The notes under the pieces: generated by a model | Databases searched by the model: none | The model's input: only the letters and a program-made list of their open reading frames with translations | Told to the model about the DNA's origin: nothing | NCBI GenBank assembly: GCA_963751255.1 | Contig: CAVVTW010000005.1 | Location: 102,189-166,188, forward strand | Origin: an uncultured Gemmatimonadales bacterium | GTDB taxonomy: Bacteria > Gemmatimonadota > Gemmatimonadetes > Longimicrobiales > Gaopeijiaceae | DNA length: 64,000 nucleotides | Reading direction: 5' to 3' | Made by a program: the position numbers and the translations under genes | Shown: positions 28,399 to 38,455 of the stretch, in pieces | How positions within the stretch are numbered: position 1 is the first letter of the stretch | Layout: the number at the start of each line of letters is the position of its first letter

Positions 28399-29175
28399 TT
28401 AACCTGATTGTCCCTCCAGAGGCCGGGTCCCGCGGTGTTCCCACCGTGGGGGCCCGGCCCTCGGTGGCTCTTCTTTGCGTCCCGGCCGTCCGTTTCCGGT
28501 CAAGGCCCGCCCTTCCTCCTTCTCGAGTAGGCCATCCCCATCGGCAAGGGGGAGGAATGCCGCATCCTCCCGACTCCGGACATCCAGCTTCCGGAGCACG
28601 TGGTGAACGTGGTTCTTCACGGTGCCGAGACTGATCGAGAGGTGTTTGGCGATCTCTCGATTGGTGAGGTTCCGCTTCAGCAGACGCAGGATCTCCTCCT
28701 CGCGGCGCGTGAGCTGGTGGACGCGGGCGGCGTCCCCGACCTTTCCGGCGGGGCGGTCGATCAAGTGGTGGAGGCGCGCCAACAGGTGGCCGGCGACCTC
28801 CGGCTCCAGGATGGAGTGTCCTCGGGCGAGGGCCCGAATCCTCTCCACCAACTCTTCCGTCGTCGCTTCCCGGACGAGGTAGCCCCCGGCTCCGGCTTCC
28901 AGGTACTCCAGGACGACGCCAACCGATGGGGGTAGACCCTCCACGAGGACGCGGGCCGCACCCTCCCGGCAGCGAGCGTGGCGGGCCAATCTGAGGGCTC
29001 CTTCCTCTCGAAGGCCCTGACTGACTACGAGCACATCCACCTCTCCGGAGAGGGCCATCCCCGCCTCCACGGTCGTGCCGGTGCCCGCGACCTGAATGTC
29101 CTGGCGCCCCTCCAGCACCGTAGCCACCGCGTCGCCGTTGAGGCCATCCTCGGAGATGATGGCAACCTGGATCAT
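28399..29175 (-). CDS. LuxR/NarL-family DNA-binding regulator with a degenerate (probably non-phosphorylatable) receiver domain
   Basis: Starts MIQVAIISEDG. The HTH is LTRREEEILRLLKRNLTNREIAKHLSISLGTVKNHVHHVLRKL. The receiver has Ser where the phospho-Asp is expected (VDVLVVSQGL). The track's longer N-terminus is unlikely. Confidence 0.75.
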   Translation of the reverse strand: MIQVAIISEDGLNGDAVATVLEGRQDIQVAGTGTTVEAGMALSGEVDVLVVSQGLREEGALRLARHARCREGAARVLVEGLPPSVGVVLEYLEAGAGGYLVREATTEELVERIRALARGHSILEPEVAGHLLARLHHLIDRPAGKVGDAARVHQLTRREEEILRLLKRNLTNREIAKHLSISLGTVKNHVHHVLRKLDVRSREDAAFLPLADGDGLLEKEEGRALTGNGRPGRKEEPPRAGPPRWEHRGTRPLEGQSG

Positions 29176-29365
29176 CGTACGACCATTCCCTGGCTCTGGT
29201 CCGATGCGTGCACCGTTGGAGGGGTGGCGCCCGGGCCCATGGTGGATCTCTTCTGGGGACAATTCCTGATACCACGGAGGAAGCAGAAGGTTGACGCCGG
29301 TGGCGGGGTCGCGAGATCCAGGCCCGGTGCACTAGATTCACCGAATTCGTCAACCTGGAGGAATA

Positions 29366-30844
29366 ATGGGAGCAAGATCAGGGTGGGGCTCGGTGAGGCA
29401 TCCGCCGCGGGCGGGCGGTCACCGCGCCGTGCCAGCCGCCATCCTCCGCTCCCTCCTGACCGCCACTGTCCTCCTCACGGGATGTGTCCGCTACCACGCC
29501 GCGCCCATCCGTCCGTCCCAGACCCTGGAGGAGTTCCAGCGGCGGCGATTGGACGCGCCGACCCTGGGGGCCTTTCTCACCAGCCGGGATAGTAGCCTCG
29601 CCTGGCCGCCCGCCGCCTGGGGGCTGAGCACCCTGACCCTGGCAGCGTTCTACTACAGCCCCAGGTTGGATGAGGCACGGGCCCAGTGGGGCGTGGCCCA
29701 GGGCGGAGTGGTCACCGCGGGAGCCCGACCCAACCCGTCCCTCACCGGCGCCCTTGGATACAACAGCACCACCCCCACCGGCGAGGTCAGTCCCTGGATC
29801 CCCGAGGGTGTCCTGGACCTGCCCATCGAGGTCGCCGGCAAGCGGGGCATCCGGATCCGGGAAGCCAGTCAACTCTCGGAGGCCGCGCGCCTGAACGTCC
29901 TGACCGTGGCCTGGCAGGTACGCAGCCAGGTCCGACAAGCCTTCCTGGAGTTCTACGCAGCGCGGCAATCGGACTCTCTCCTCACCCGCCAGGAAGAGAT
30001 CCAGTCGGCCACCGTGAGCATCCTGGAGAATCAACTGGCGGTTGGCGAGGTCTCACCTTTCGAGCTCACCCAGGCTCGCATTGCCCTCGCCAACAGCCGG
30101 CTGGCCCGACTGGGTGCCGCCCAACTGCGTGCCGAGGCCAGGAGTGCCCTGGCCGACGCCATCGGCGTTCCCCCCTCGGCCCTGGACTCCGTTCCGTTCT
30201 CCTTCCGGGAGATGGGTCAGGTATCGGAGGCGTTGCCCGCGTCGGAGATCCGTCGCCGGGCCCTTCTCAGTCGATCCGACGTTCTGGGCGCCCTGGCGGA
30301 ATACGAAGCGAGCCAGGCCGCCCTCCAGCTGGAGGTGCGGAGGCAGTACCCGGACATCAGCCTGGGACCGGGATACCAACTCGATCAGACGGACGACAAA
30401 TGGACCCTTGGGCTGACCTTGACGCTGCCCATCCTGAATCGAAACCAGGGGCCCATCGCCGAAGCCGCCGCCCGGAGGGAGGAAGTCGCCGCACGGTTCC
30501 TGAACGTCCAATCCCGGGCGCTGGGAGAGATCGAGGCGGCCCTGGCCTCCGCCCGAGCCGCCACCGACCAGGTTGGCGCTGCGGACAGCCTCCTGCTGGA
30601 TCTGTCCCGGCGTGGCCAAACGGCCGAGACGGCCTACCAGGTGGGGGAGATCTCACGTCTCGAGCTTCTGGGCCTCCAGGCCGAGATGGTCACCACTCAG
30701 CTTTCCCGCCTGGAGGCTCTCGTCGGTGCGCAACGGGCCATCGGCCGGCTGGAGGATGCCATGCAGAGTCCCCTGAACGTGGAGGCCTTCGTGCTTCAGG
30801 GGCCATCCCGCGTCCCTGGGCAGGAAGAGAGGAGCGATGGATAG
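29366..30844 (+). CDS. Outer-membrane efflux protein (TolC/OMF family) lipoprotein
   Basis: 492 aa with lipobox LLTGC and two OEP-type repeats. RBS GGAGGA lies before ATG 29366. First gene of an OMF-MFP-RND operon. Confidence 0.8.
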   Translation: MGARSGWGSVRHPPRAGGHRAVPAAILRSLLTATVLLTGCVRYHAAPIRPSQTLEEFQRRRLDAPTLGAFLTSRDSSLAWPPAAWGLSTLTLAAFYYSPRLDEARAQWGVAQGGVVTAGARPNPSLTGALGYNSTTPTGEVSPWIPEGVLDLPIEVAGKRGIRIREASQLSEAARLNVLTVAWQVRSQVRQAFLEFYAARQSDSLLTRQEEIQSATVSILENQLAVGEVSPFELTQARIALANSRLARLGAAQLRAEARSALADAIGVPPSALDSVPFSFREMGQVSEALPASEIRRRALLSRSDVLGALAEYEASQAALQLEVRRQYPDISLGPGYQLDQTDDKWTLGLTLTLPILNRNQGPIAEAAARREEVAARFLNVQSRALGEIEAALASARAATDQVGAADSLLLDLSRRGQTAETAYQVGEISRLELLGLQAEMVTTQLSRLEALVGAQRAIGRLEDAMQSPLNVEAFVLQGPSRVPGQEERSDG

Positions 30845-31922
30845 GCGTCGAGCCGTCATCAGCGTGGTCGCCATTGCCGCGCTGCTCGTGGTGATGGTGG
30901 TGGTGTGGAGGGTGATGGGATCACCCGCCGAGGAGGGAGAGGTGGTCACCGATGTAGGCGTCCACGTGGGCACCGTGTCACGAGCCACCCTGCACGGCTA
31001 CGTCACGGCCTACGGCTACGTAGAGCCGGCACCCGCAACCGAGGGAGCTCCCGCCGCGGGTGCGCTGGTTTCCGCCTTCGTGGGCGGCGTTCTCACCGAG
31101 ATCGACTGCGTTGCGGGCAGTCACGTGCGGCAGGGAGAGGTTCTCTTTCGTCTGGACAGCCGCATGGCGGAAGTGGAGCTGGAGAAGGCGCGCCAGCAGG
31201 CGAACTTCGCGGAGAAGGCCTTCGAGCGTCAGCAGGCGCTCCTGTCGTCCGACGGAACGTCCCAGCGAGCCTACCAGGAATCCCAGCAGCGCCTCGACGA
31301 GGCCCGGAGCAACGTGGCCGCCGCCGAAACCACGCTGGCCTACATGAATATCGCCGCCCCGCTGACGGGAACCGTGACCCAGGTCAACGTTCGGGCGGGG
31401 CAGTTCGTGGACGCCAACACCGTCCTTGGGGAAGTCGTCGATCTGGAACGCCTGGTGGTCTCCGCCGACGTGCCCGTTCGTGAAGCGGCCGGGCTCCAGG
31501 TAGGCCAGCGGGTCCTGGTGAGGCCCAGCGGATCCGAGGCGGATAGCTCCTTGCTGGAAGGCTCCCTCATCGTGGTAGGACGGGATGTGGATCCGCGCAC
31601 GGGCACCTTCCGGGTCCTGGCCTCCGTTCCGGCGTCCGCCGGCCTTGATCCTGGTGTGTTCACCGATATTCGGATCGTGGTGGAAGAACATGAGGACGTT
31701 CTCGTCGTGCCCGAGGTGAGTCTGGTGACCCGGACCGGCGAGGGCAGTTGGGTCATGGTTGTGGAAGGTGACCAGGCCGTCCGGACTCCGGTGACGGTGG
31801 GCCTGCGGGAGGGAGGTCGGGTGGAGGTGTCCGGGGAGGGGATCAGGGAAGGGACCACCATCGTCACCGAGGACGCATACAGCCTCCCCGCGGAGACGAC
31901 GATCCACATCGTGGAGGGCTGA
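30837..31922 (+). CDS. Efflux RND periplasmic adaptor (MFP/HlyD family)
   Basis: 361 aa with an N-terminal TM, a lipoyl/coiled-coil/beta-barrel pattern and ...YMNIAAPLTGTVTQVNVRAGQFV... It overlaps the OMF stop by 8 nt. Confidence 0.85.
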   Translation: MDRRRAVISVVAIAALLVVMVVVWRVMGSPAEEGEVVTDVGVHVGTVSRATLHGYVTAYGYVEPAPATEGAPAAGALVSAFVGGVLTEIDCVAGSHVRQGEVLFRLDSRMAEVELEKARQQANFAEKAFERQQALLSSDGTSQRAYQESQQRLDEARSNVAAAETTLAYMNIAAPLTGTVTQVNVRAGQFVDANTVLGEVVDLERLVVSADVPVREAAGLQVGQRVLVRPSGSEADSSLLEGSLIVVGRDVDPRTGTFRVLASVPASAGLDPGVFTDIRIVVEEHEDVLVVPEVSLVTRTGEGSWVMVVEGDQAVRTPVTVGLREGGRVEVSGEGIREGTTIVTEDAYSLPAETTIHIVEG

Positions 31923-31923
31923 C

Positions 31924-34900
31924 GTGCTAGGGCGCTTCGCCACGCGGTACTCGGTCCCCGTGGTCTTCATCAGCATCGCTCTCTGCCTGGCTGGCATCTA
32001 CGCTGCCGTCAGCCTCGCCTCCTCGGTCTTCCCCCAGACGGATTTCCCCCGCGTGGTCATCCTCGTGGACAACGGGGTGATGCCGGCAGACGAGATGATG
32101 GCCACCATCACACGCCCCATCGAAGAGGCCATGCACGATATCCGGGGCGTTACCACCGTCAAATCCGCCACCGGCCGGGGCTCGGCAGAGATCAACGTGT
32201 TCTTCACGTGGGACGTGGACATGATCCAGTCCGAGCTCTACGTCCTGAGCCGTCTCTCCCAGATCCGAAGCACCCTCCCCACCACGGCCGAAACCACGGT
32301 CTACCGGCTCACCTTCGCGGCCTTTCCGGTCCTCGGCGTGAGTCTGACCAGCGATACCCGGGACATCACCGAGCTCTGGGAAACGGCTCGCTACAACCTG
32401 AAGCTGCGCTTCCTGCGCATCCCGGGGGTGGCCCGGGTGGATCTGGTAGGGGGCCGGGCGCCGGAGTATCACATCGTCGTGGACCCCCTTCTGCTCAGCA
32501 ACGCCCACCTGAGCCTCGCAGAGGTGGTGGATGCCCTGAACGCCAACAACCTGGTGGCTTCGGCTGGCATGCTGCAGGAGAACCACACGCTTTACCTGAC
32601 GGTGGTGGACGGAAGGGTCCACTCAATCCGTGACATCGAGGACTTCATCGTCACCGCCCCCGGCGGGCACCCCATTCGGGTGGGGGACTTCGCGAAGGTG
32701 GAGCGTGGTCCCGAACCCGTGTTCAACGTGGTCACCGCCGATGGGCACGATGCGGTGCTCCTGAACGTTCGCAGCCAACCGGACGGCAGCACGCTCCACA
32801 TCGCCAGGGATCTGCGCCAGCAGATCGCCGAGCTGCGTCAGGAGCTGCCGCCGGACATGAAGTTGGCATTCTTCTACGACCAATCGGAGATCGTTCGATC
32901 CTCCGTGCACAGCGTGTGGGAGGCCATTCTCTTCGGGCTCTTCCTCTCGGTGCTGATCCTCTACTTCTTCCTGAAGAGCTGGGGCACGACCCTCGTTGCG
33001 ACCATGGTCATTCCCGTGACCGTGCTCATCACTCTCGTGTCCATGGAGCTCACGGGGCTGACCTTCAACCTCATGACCCTGGGGGGGATCGCTGCCGCCA
33101 TCGGGCTCGTCATCGATGACGCTATCGTTGTGGTGGAGGCCATCCACACCCGGCTCATGGCGGGGATGAGTCGGGTTCATGCCGTCCAGACCGGGATCAG
33201 CGAGATCTTCCGGCCCCTGGTGGGCTCGACCCTCACGCCGGTGGTGGTGTTCATCCCCCTGGCCTTCCTCAGCGGCATCACGGGCGTCTTCTTCCGGGCC
33301 CTGGCCATGACCATGGTGGTCTCCCTCCTGACCTCCCTGGTCCTCGCCGTCACGCTGACCCCCTCTCTGGCCGCCTGGCTGATCCGGCCCCGAAAGGGCA
33401 CCCCTCTCGGCGAGCAGAGGGGTGGAGCCCACGCCGGAGCCGCCGCCGAGCAGGGAGGCCCCTTGCTCCAGCAGCTCATCGACCTCTATGAGCGGGCGGT
33501 ACGACCCGCCCTTCGTCACCCGTGGCGTGTAATGGGTGCCTGCGCCCTGATCCTCGTGCTTGGGCGTGGTGGTCTACGGCCGCCTGGAGAGCGATTTCCT
33601 CCCCCCCATGGACGAGGGGGGGTTCGTCATCGACTACTTCACCCCTCCTGGAACGAGCCTGGAGGAAACCAACCGCCAGCTTCTCCAGGCCGAGGCCATT
33701 CTCCGCACGGTGCCCGAAGTGGAGAGCTACTCTCGACGAACGGGCGCCCGCCTGGCCCTGGCCATTGCCGAACCCAACACGGGTGATTTCCTTGTCAAGC
33801 TTCGCCGGGACCGCCGCAGGTCCACCGACGAGGTGATCTCCGAGCTGCGCCGACGATTCAACACCGGGCTGCCGGGGCTGGAGTGGGAGTTCCCAGGGAT
33901 CCTGGGGGACCTGATCGGCGACCTCATGTGGGCCCCCTCGCCCGTCGAGGTGAAGCTCTACTCCACCGATCAGCGATGGCTGGAGGAAAAGGCTCCCGAG
34001 GTGGCCTCCCAGCTGGAGCTGATCCCTGGGGTCGTGGACGTCTTCGACGGCCTCGTCTACACCGGCCCCACCGTGAGTCTGCGAACGCGAACGGCGGATG
34101 CCCGACGCTTCGGGCTCACCGCCGATGACATCGCCAATGCCGCCAACACGGCCATGCTGGGGCAGACCGCCTCGTCGGTGCTGGAAGGCGACCGGGTCGT
34201 GGACATCCGAGTGCGGGTGGATTCGACGAAAGTCCTGACGCTCCGCCAGATCCGGGAGCTCCCGATCCGCACGCCGGAAGGTACGCTGGTCAAGCTGTCA
34301 CAGGTGGTGAACGTGGTGGAGGAGCCGGGCCAGCTGGAGATTCGCAGGGAGGACGCACGCCAGGACGTGGCCGTAACCGCCCGTCTGGAAGGGCGGGACA
34401 TGGGGAGCGCCATGGCCGAGATCCGCCAGACCCTCGGCCAGGATGCATCCATCCCGGCGGGAACCATCGAGTACGGCGGCCTCTACCAGCAGCAGCAGGA
34501 GTCCTTCCGAAACCTGGTGTTCGTGCTCCTCATGGCCATTACTCTGGTCTTTACCGTTCTCCTCCTTGAGTTCGGCTCGTTCTGGGAGGCCATTGCCATC
34601 ATTTTCGGAGCCGTGCTCGCCATGTTCGGCACGGTCCTGGCGCTGTGGCTCACCGGCACCTCCTTCAATGTGGTCTCCTTCCTGGGAGCCATCATCGGTG
34701 TCGGCATCGTGGCGAAGAACGGCATCCTGATGCTGGACTACGTGCAGCACCTGAGGGACGAGGGCCTGGACCTGGCCGAAGCCCTCGTGCGCTCGGGCCG
34801 GCGGCGGCTCCGGCCCGTCCTCATGACCTCCCTCGCGGCGGCGCTGGGGATGCTCCCCCTGGCCTACGGAATCGGGTCGGGCGCGGACATGCTTCGGCCG

Positions 34901-35011
34901 CTGGCCATCGCCGTTATCGGCGCGTTGTGCATCTCGGTGCTCCTTTCCCTGGTGGCCACCCCCACGCTCTACTACATCCTGGTCCACCCGCGGGAGAGCA
35001 AGGCAGCCTGA
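31924..35011 (+). CDS. Efflux RND permease (HAE-type, LVIDDAIVVVE motif), one frameshift
   Basis: ORFs 31924-33786 and 33560-35011 are the two halves. One extra base near 33559 (...ACALILV|LGVVVYGRLESDFLPPMDEGGF...) separates them. It starts with GTG 1 nt after the MFP stop. Confidence 0.85.
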
Positions 35012-35014
35012 GCC

Positions 35015-35032
35015 GCGACGGCCCACCGTCGC
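35015..35032 (+). terminator. Hairpin 4 nt after the RND stop
   Basis: GCGACGG-CCCA-CCGTCGC gives a perfect 7-bp stem. There is no U-tract. Confidence 0.4.
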
Positions 35033-35199
35033 TGCGGGAGGCGGAGGCTGCCGGGTGGGCCTGGTGGAAGCGGTACGTTGCATGGGGCGCCGCGGAGATT
35101 ACTTTTGCCATCATTGCGAGGGGTCGCCGGGCGGGTCCTCGCCGGCTCCGCGGGTCCGGACGACTCGGGGCCCCGTTCCACCCCCGGTACCAGGAGGCA

Positions 35200-35760
35200 A
35201 TGGCTATGGCCACGAGGCCCACGATCCCTCGGCTCACGGTGGCACTTCTTCCGATTCTGGCCGCTGGATGCGCGTCCATGACCAGTGGCGACGTAGGTGG
35301 CGGGATGCCGGCCACCGTCGGAGGGCCCGAGGCCCGGGTGGAGGAAACGCTCCCGTCCGTCCTCTCCTTCCCCGAAGCGAGCGTCGACGACCTCTGGAGG
35401 GTGCTGCCCGGAGCCTTTCAGGCGTTGGGTATCCCAGCCGGAATCATAGACGCCCGGGCTCGCGTCTACGGCAACGGCACCGTCACCGAGACGTCTGTGG
35501 CGGGCAAGGCCACCCGGGATCTTTTTCGGTGCGCCGCCGGCTCGGGCCTTTCCCTGGGGCAATATCGCGTTCAGTTCGGCATCAGCGCCCAGCCCAGAGC
35601 GGCCATAGACGGGGGAGCCGAGCTCTTCGTGCAGACGGTAGCCTTCGGGCGGATGGTCAGCGCCAGTCGCTCGGGCACCACCCACTGCGTCTCCAACGGC
35701 ACCCTTGAGCTCAAGCTCAAGGAGCAGATGGACGCCGAGCTGGGGCGGATCGGGGGATAG
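35200..35760 (+). CDS. Hypothetical lipoprotein
   Basis: MAMATRPTIPRLTVALLPILAAGCASM (lipobox LAAGC). AGGAGG lies just upstream, so ATG 35206 may be the real start. No family recognised. The upstream part of the track ORF from 34645 overlaps the RND gene. Confidence 0.5.
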   Translation: MAMATRPTIPRLTVALLPILAAGCASMTSGDVGGGMPATVGGPEARVEETLPSVLSFPEASVDDLWRVLPGAFQALGIPAGIIDARARVYGNGTVTETSVAGKATRDLFRCAAGSGLSLGQYRVQFGISAQPRAAIDGGAELFVQTVAFGRMVSASRSGTTHCVSNGTLELKLKEQMDAELGRIGG

Positions 35761-35770
35761 CCCGGCCAGC

Positions 35771-37009
35771 CTAGTGGAAGAACAAGTAGGCGATGAAGAT
35801 GCCGGCGACCACCGACACCAGGTCCGCAAAGAGCCCGCAGGGCACGGCGTGGCGGGTCTGCTTCACCCCCACGGAGCCGAAGTAGAGGGCAATGATGTAG
35901 AAGGTGGTGTCCGTGGCGCCCTGGAAGGTGCTGGCCAGGCGCCCCACGAAGGAGTCCGCCCCGTACGTCTGCATGGCGTCAACCATCATCCCCCTGGCTC
36001 CGCTCCCGCTGAGGGGCTTCATGAGAGCCGTGGGGAGAGCCTCGATGAAGTCCGTATTCAGGCCCATCGCCCCAACCCCCTTTCCGATGACGGCGACGAG
36101 GTAATCCATGGCGCCTGAGGCCCGGAAGACCCCGATGCCGACGAGGATGGCTACGAGGTAGGGGATGATCTTGATGACCACCGCGAACCCTTCCTTGGCC
36201 CCGTCGATGAAGGCATCGTAGACGTTGACCCGCCGGATCATGGCCAGGGTGATGAAGCCCACGATGATGCCGAAGAGGATGACGTTGGCGATGACGTTGG
36301 AGACCGTCTCGACCTGCTCCTGGGGAAGGCTGGAGAAGTACACGATGGTCCCGCCCACGACGCCGGTCAGGCCCAGCAGATAGGCGAGGACTGGTCCTGT
36401 CCAGGAGGTTGATCCGCTGAACCAGGGCCACCGCGATGAGGCCCCGCGAGGGTGGAGAAGAAGGTGGTGAGGAGAATGGGAAGGAAGATGTCCGAAGGGT
36501 TGGCGGCCCCCATCTGGGCCCGGTAGACCATGATGCTGATGGGGATGACCGTGAGACCCGGACGTGTTCAGGACCAGGAACATGATCTGGGCGTTGGAGG
36601 CCGTCTCCGGGTCCGGGTTCAGCTCCTGGAGCTCCTGCATGGCCTTGAGCCCAAGGGGGGTCGCCGCGTTGTCCAGGCCCAGCATATTCGCGGCGAAATT
36701 CATGATGATGGAGCCGTGAGACCGGATGGTCCCTGGGAACCTCCGGGAAGAGCTTGCAGGAAGAAGGGCCGCACAACCGGGCCAAGCACCCGGACGGCGC
36801 CGCCCCGCTCCCCCACCTTCATGAGGCCCAGCCAGAGAGTGAGCACCCCGATGAGGCCCAGGCAGATGTCCACCACTCGTGGCGGCCATCTCGAAGGTGC
36901 TGTTCACCATGGTCGTGAAGATCTCGGTGTCGTGCAGAAAGACCAGGCGTACCAGCGCCACGACGAAGGAGACCAGGAAGAACCCGATCCAGATGAAGTT
37001 CAGGACCAC
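35771..37009 (-). CDS. Fused SpmA/SpmB-type nucleoside-recognition membrane protein. The ORF stays open, but ~6 single-base insertions scramble two internal segments.
   Basis: In frame: MVLNFIWIGFFLVSFVVALV...FEMAATS, ...SIIMNFAANMLGLDNAATPLGLKAMQELQELNP...NTSG and PVLAYLLGLTG... to the end. Family-like sequence in other frames: VDICLGLIGVLTLWLGLMKVGERGGAVRVLGPVVRPFF, KLFPEVPRDHPVS, LTVIPISIMVYRAQMGAANPSDIFLPILLTTFFSTLAG and LIAVALVQRINLLD. Confidence 0.7.
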   Translation of the reverse strand: MVLNFIWIGFFLVSFVVALVRLVFLHDTEIFTTMVNSTFEMAATSGGHLPGPHRGAHSLAGPHEGGGAGRRRPGAWPGCAALLPASSSRRFPGTIRSHGSIIMNFAANMLGLDNAATPLGLKAMQELQELNPDPETASNAQIMFLVLNTSGSHGHPHQHHGLPGPDGGRQPFGHLPSHSPHHLLLHPRGASSRWPWFSGSTSWTGPVLAYLLGLTGVVGGTIVYFSSLPQEQVETVSNVIANVILFGIIVGFITLAMIRRVNVYDAFIDGAKEGFAVVIKIIPYLVAILVGIGVFRASGAMDYLVAVIGKGVGAMGLNTDFIEALPTALMKPLSGSGARGMMVDAMQTYGADSFVGRLASTFQGATDTTFYIIALYFGSVGVKQTRHAVPCGLFADLVSVVAGIFIAYLFFH

Positions 37010-37705
37010 GGCACGTCCCCGGCCAGCAGCTCGGCGAGCACGGGCACATGCTCACGGACCAGAACATCGATGGATGTGAGCGGGAATTCGTAGGTCACCA
37101 CTCCGATGCCTCGCTCCCCGCCCCAGGTCCCGAAGGAGCCCGGCGTGGGGTATCCCACGTCGGACACCAGGGGGAGGCCGGTCTTCTCGGCGATCCAGTG
37201 AGCCAGGTCGCCCTGCCTGGCGTCATCGACGCAGGCAAGGGGGGCGTGCAGGGCTACGACCGTCTCAGGCTCGAGCTCCTCGATCAGGCGGATCAAGGCC
37301 CCGGTCTCGACCTCCGACCCGGCGTGTGTGCCCGGGCTCAGGCGGACATCCCTGGGGTCGTCCAGGGTGGACCGGTGCAGGACGGGATCGGGACTCCAAT
37401 CCCGGGTCGGGAAAGTTGCGGTTCAGATCCACGCCCCGGGCATTGCCCCGGGTCCCCCGGACCAGCCCGTCCGGGTTCGCGGCCAGGACCACGGCGCAGT
37501 GAGGGGACGGCTCGGTGAGAAGGCGGAGCGCCCTGGAGAGAGCCACCGTCGTCTCCCCCTCCTCACCGTGGATGCCGGCGTGGATCAGGATCTTGCAGGT
37601 GCTGGAAGGGTGCCACACCTCCAGGGGCAGGCCCAGGTGGGAATGGCCGTAGACCTTGGGATCGAAGGGGAGGGTGCCGATATCTCGTCTCGGGCGAAGC
37701 TTCAT
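37000..37705 (-). CDS. MpaA-like M14 peptidase (murein peptide amidase / AstE-AspA-like), one frameshift
   Basis: Motifs are IHAGIHGEEGET (HxxE), ANPDG and GVDLNRNFP. One extra base near 37408 is followed by TRDWSPDPVLHRS...LIRLIEELEPETVVALHAP... (ORF 37000-37296). The 3' end overlaps the spmAB start by 10 nt. Confidence 0.6.
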
Positions 37706-37753
37706 GGGGAAAAGGAGTGGTGACGGTTCATGGGGAAGCCGGTCGGGCCGTGT

Positions 37754-38427
37754 TCACCACGAACCGCCGTAGATTTCGTCCAGGTGCTGCAGGACGGTCT
37801 CCTTCAGCTCCATGTCGGCCTGGGCGATGACCATCCGAAGATGCTCGAGGGTGAGCGCCTCTTCGAACGCCGAGGCCACGGGGGCATGGCTCAGGTGCCA
37901 CCGTTCCGGCGCCACACCTCCCCGATCCCGTCGTAGGGTCGGAAGAACCCGAAGGCCGAGGAGGAGGCCATCCGCTGGTCCAGCCAGGCATGAAGGGGCC
38001 CGAACATCCCGCCTGCGTTCACCTCGGCCGGGACCAGCTGGATCTCGTACCCCTCGGGCACCGCGTTCCCGTCCACCACGTCCAGGTCCGTCCCCCAGTG
38101 ATGCCGGGAGCCCCCGGGAAGGGCAGACCATCGGAGGATGGCGAAGACCAACCCTCCCTCGTCCAGTTGGTCAATGTCGAGGGGCCTGGCGCGGCTGTCG
38201 AGCACGGGGAGCTCTCCCCTCGCCTTGCGGTTCCAGATGGAGAGCTGACGGTCGAAGCTCCGGAAACCACTGAAGATCACCGGCTCGAACCCGCTCTGCC
38301 GAGCCTCTTCCCTGAGGCGAAGGAACGACTCAACCACATGCCCGTGAACCCGGGCGCCGAGGGCCTGGGCTTCATCGGCTGTGCACAGATGCTCCTCGGA
38401 ACGGCCTGTGATCGCTTCGATTCGCAT
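37754..38427 (-). CDS. VanY/M15-family D-alanyl-D-alanine carboxypeptidase-like protein, one frameshift near the 3' end
   Basis: Starts MRIEAITG. Motifs are FSGFRSFDRQ, GGSRHHWGTDLDV (SxHxxGxxxD) and, after a missing base near 37929, ...RDRGGVAPERWHLSH (ExxH) from ORF 37754-38131. Confidence 0.65.
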
Positions 38428-38455
38428 CGGCTTCGAACTCCGGGCTCCAGACTGC

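Noticed and set aside
29366-35011. Naming the efflux operon czcCBA / heavy-metal type
   Set aside because: The permease carries the LVIDDAIVVVE-type motif that I associate with general HAE-type RND pumps, not the HME signature. There is no metal-sensing regulator nearby. I kept the generic OMF-MFP-RND call.
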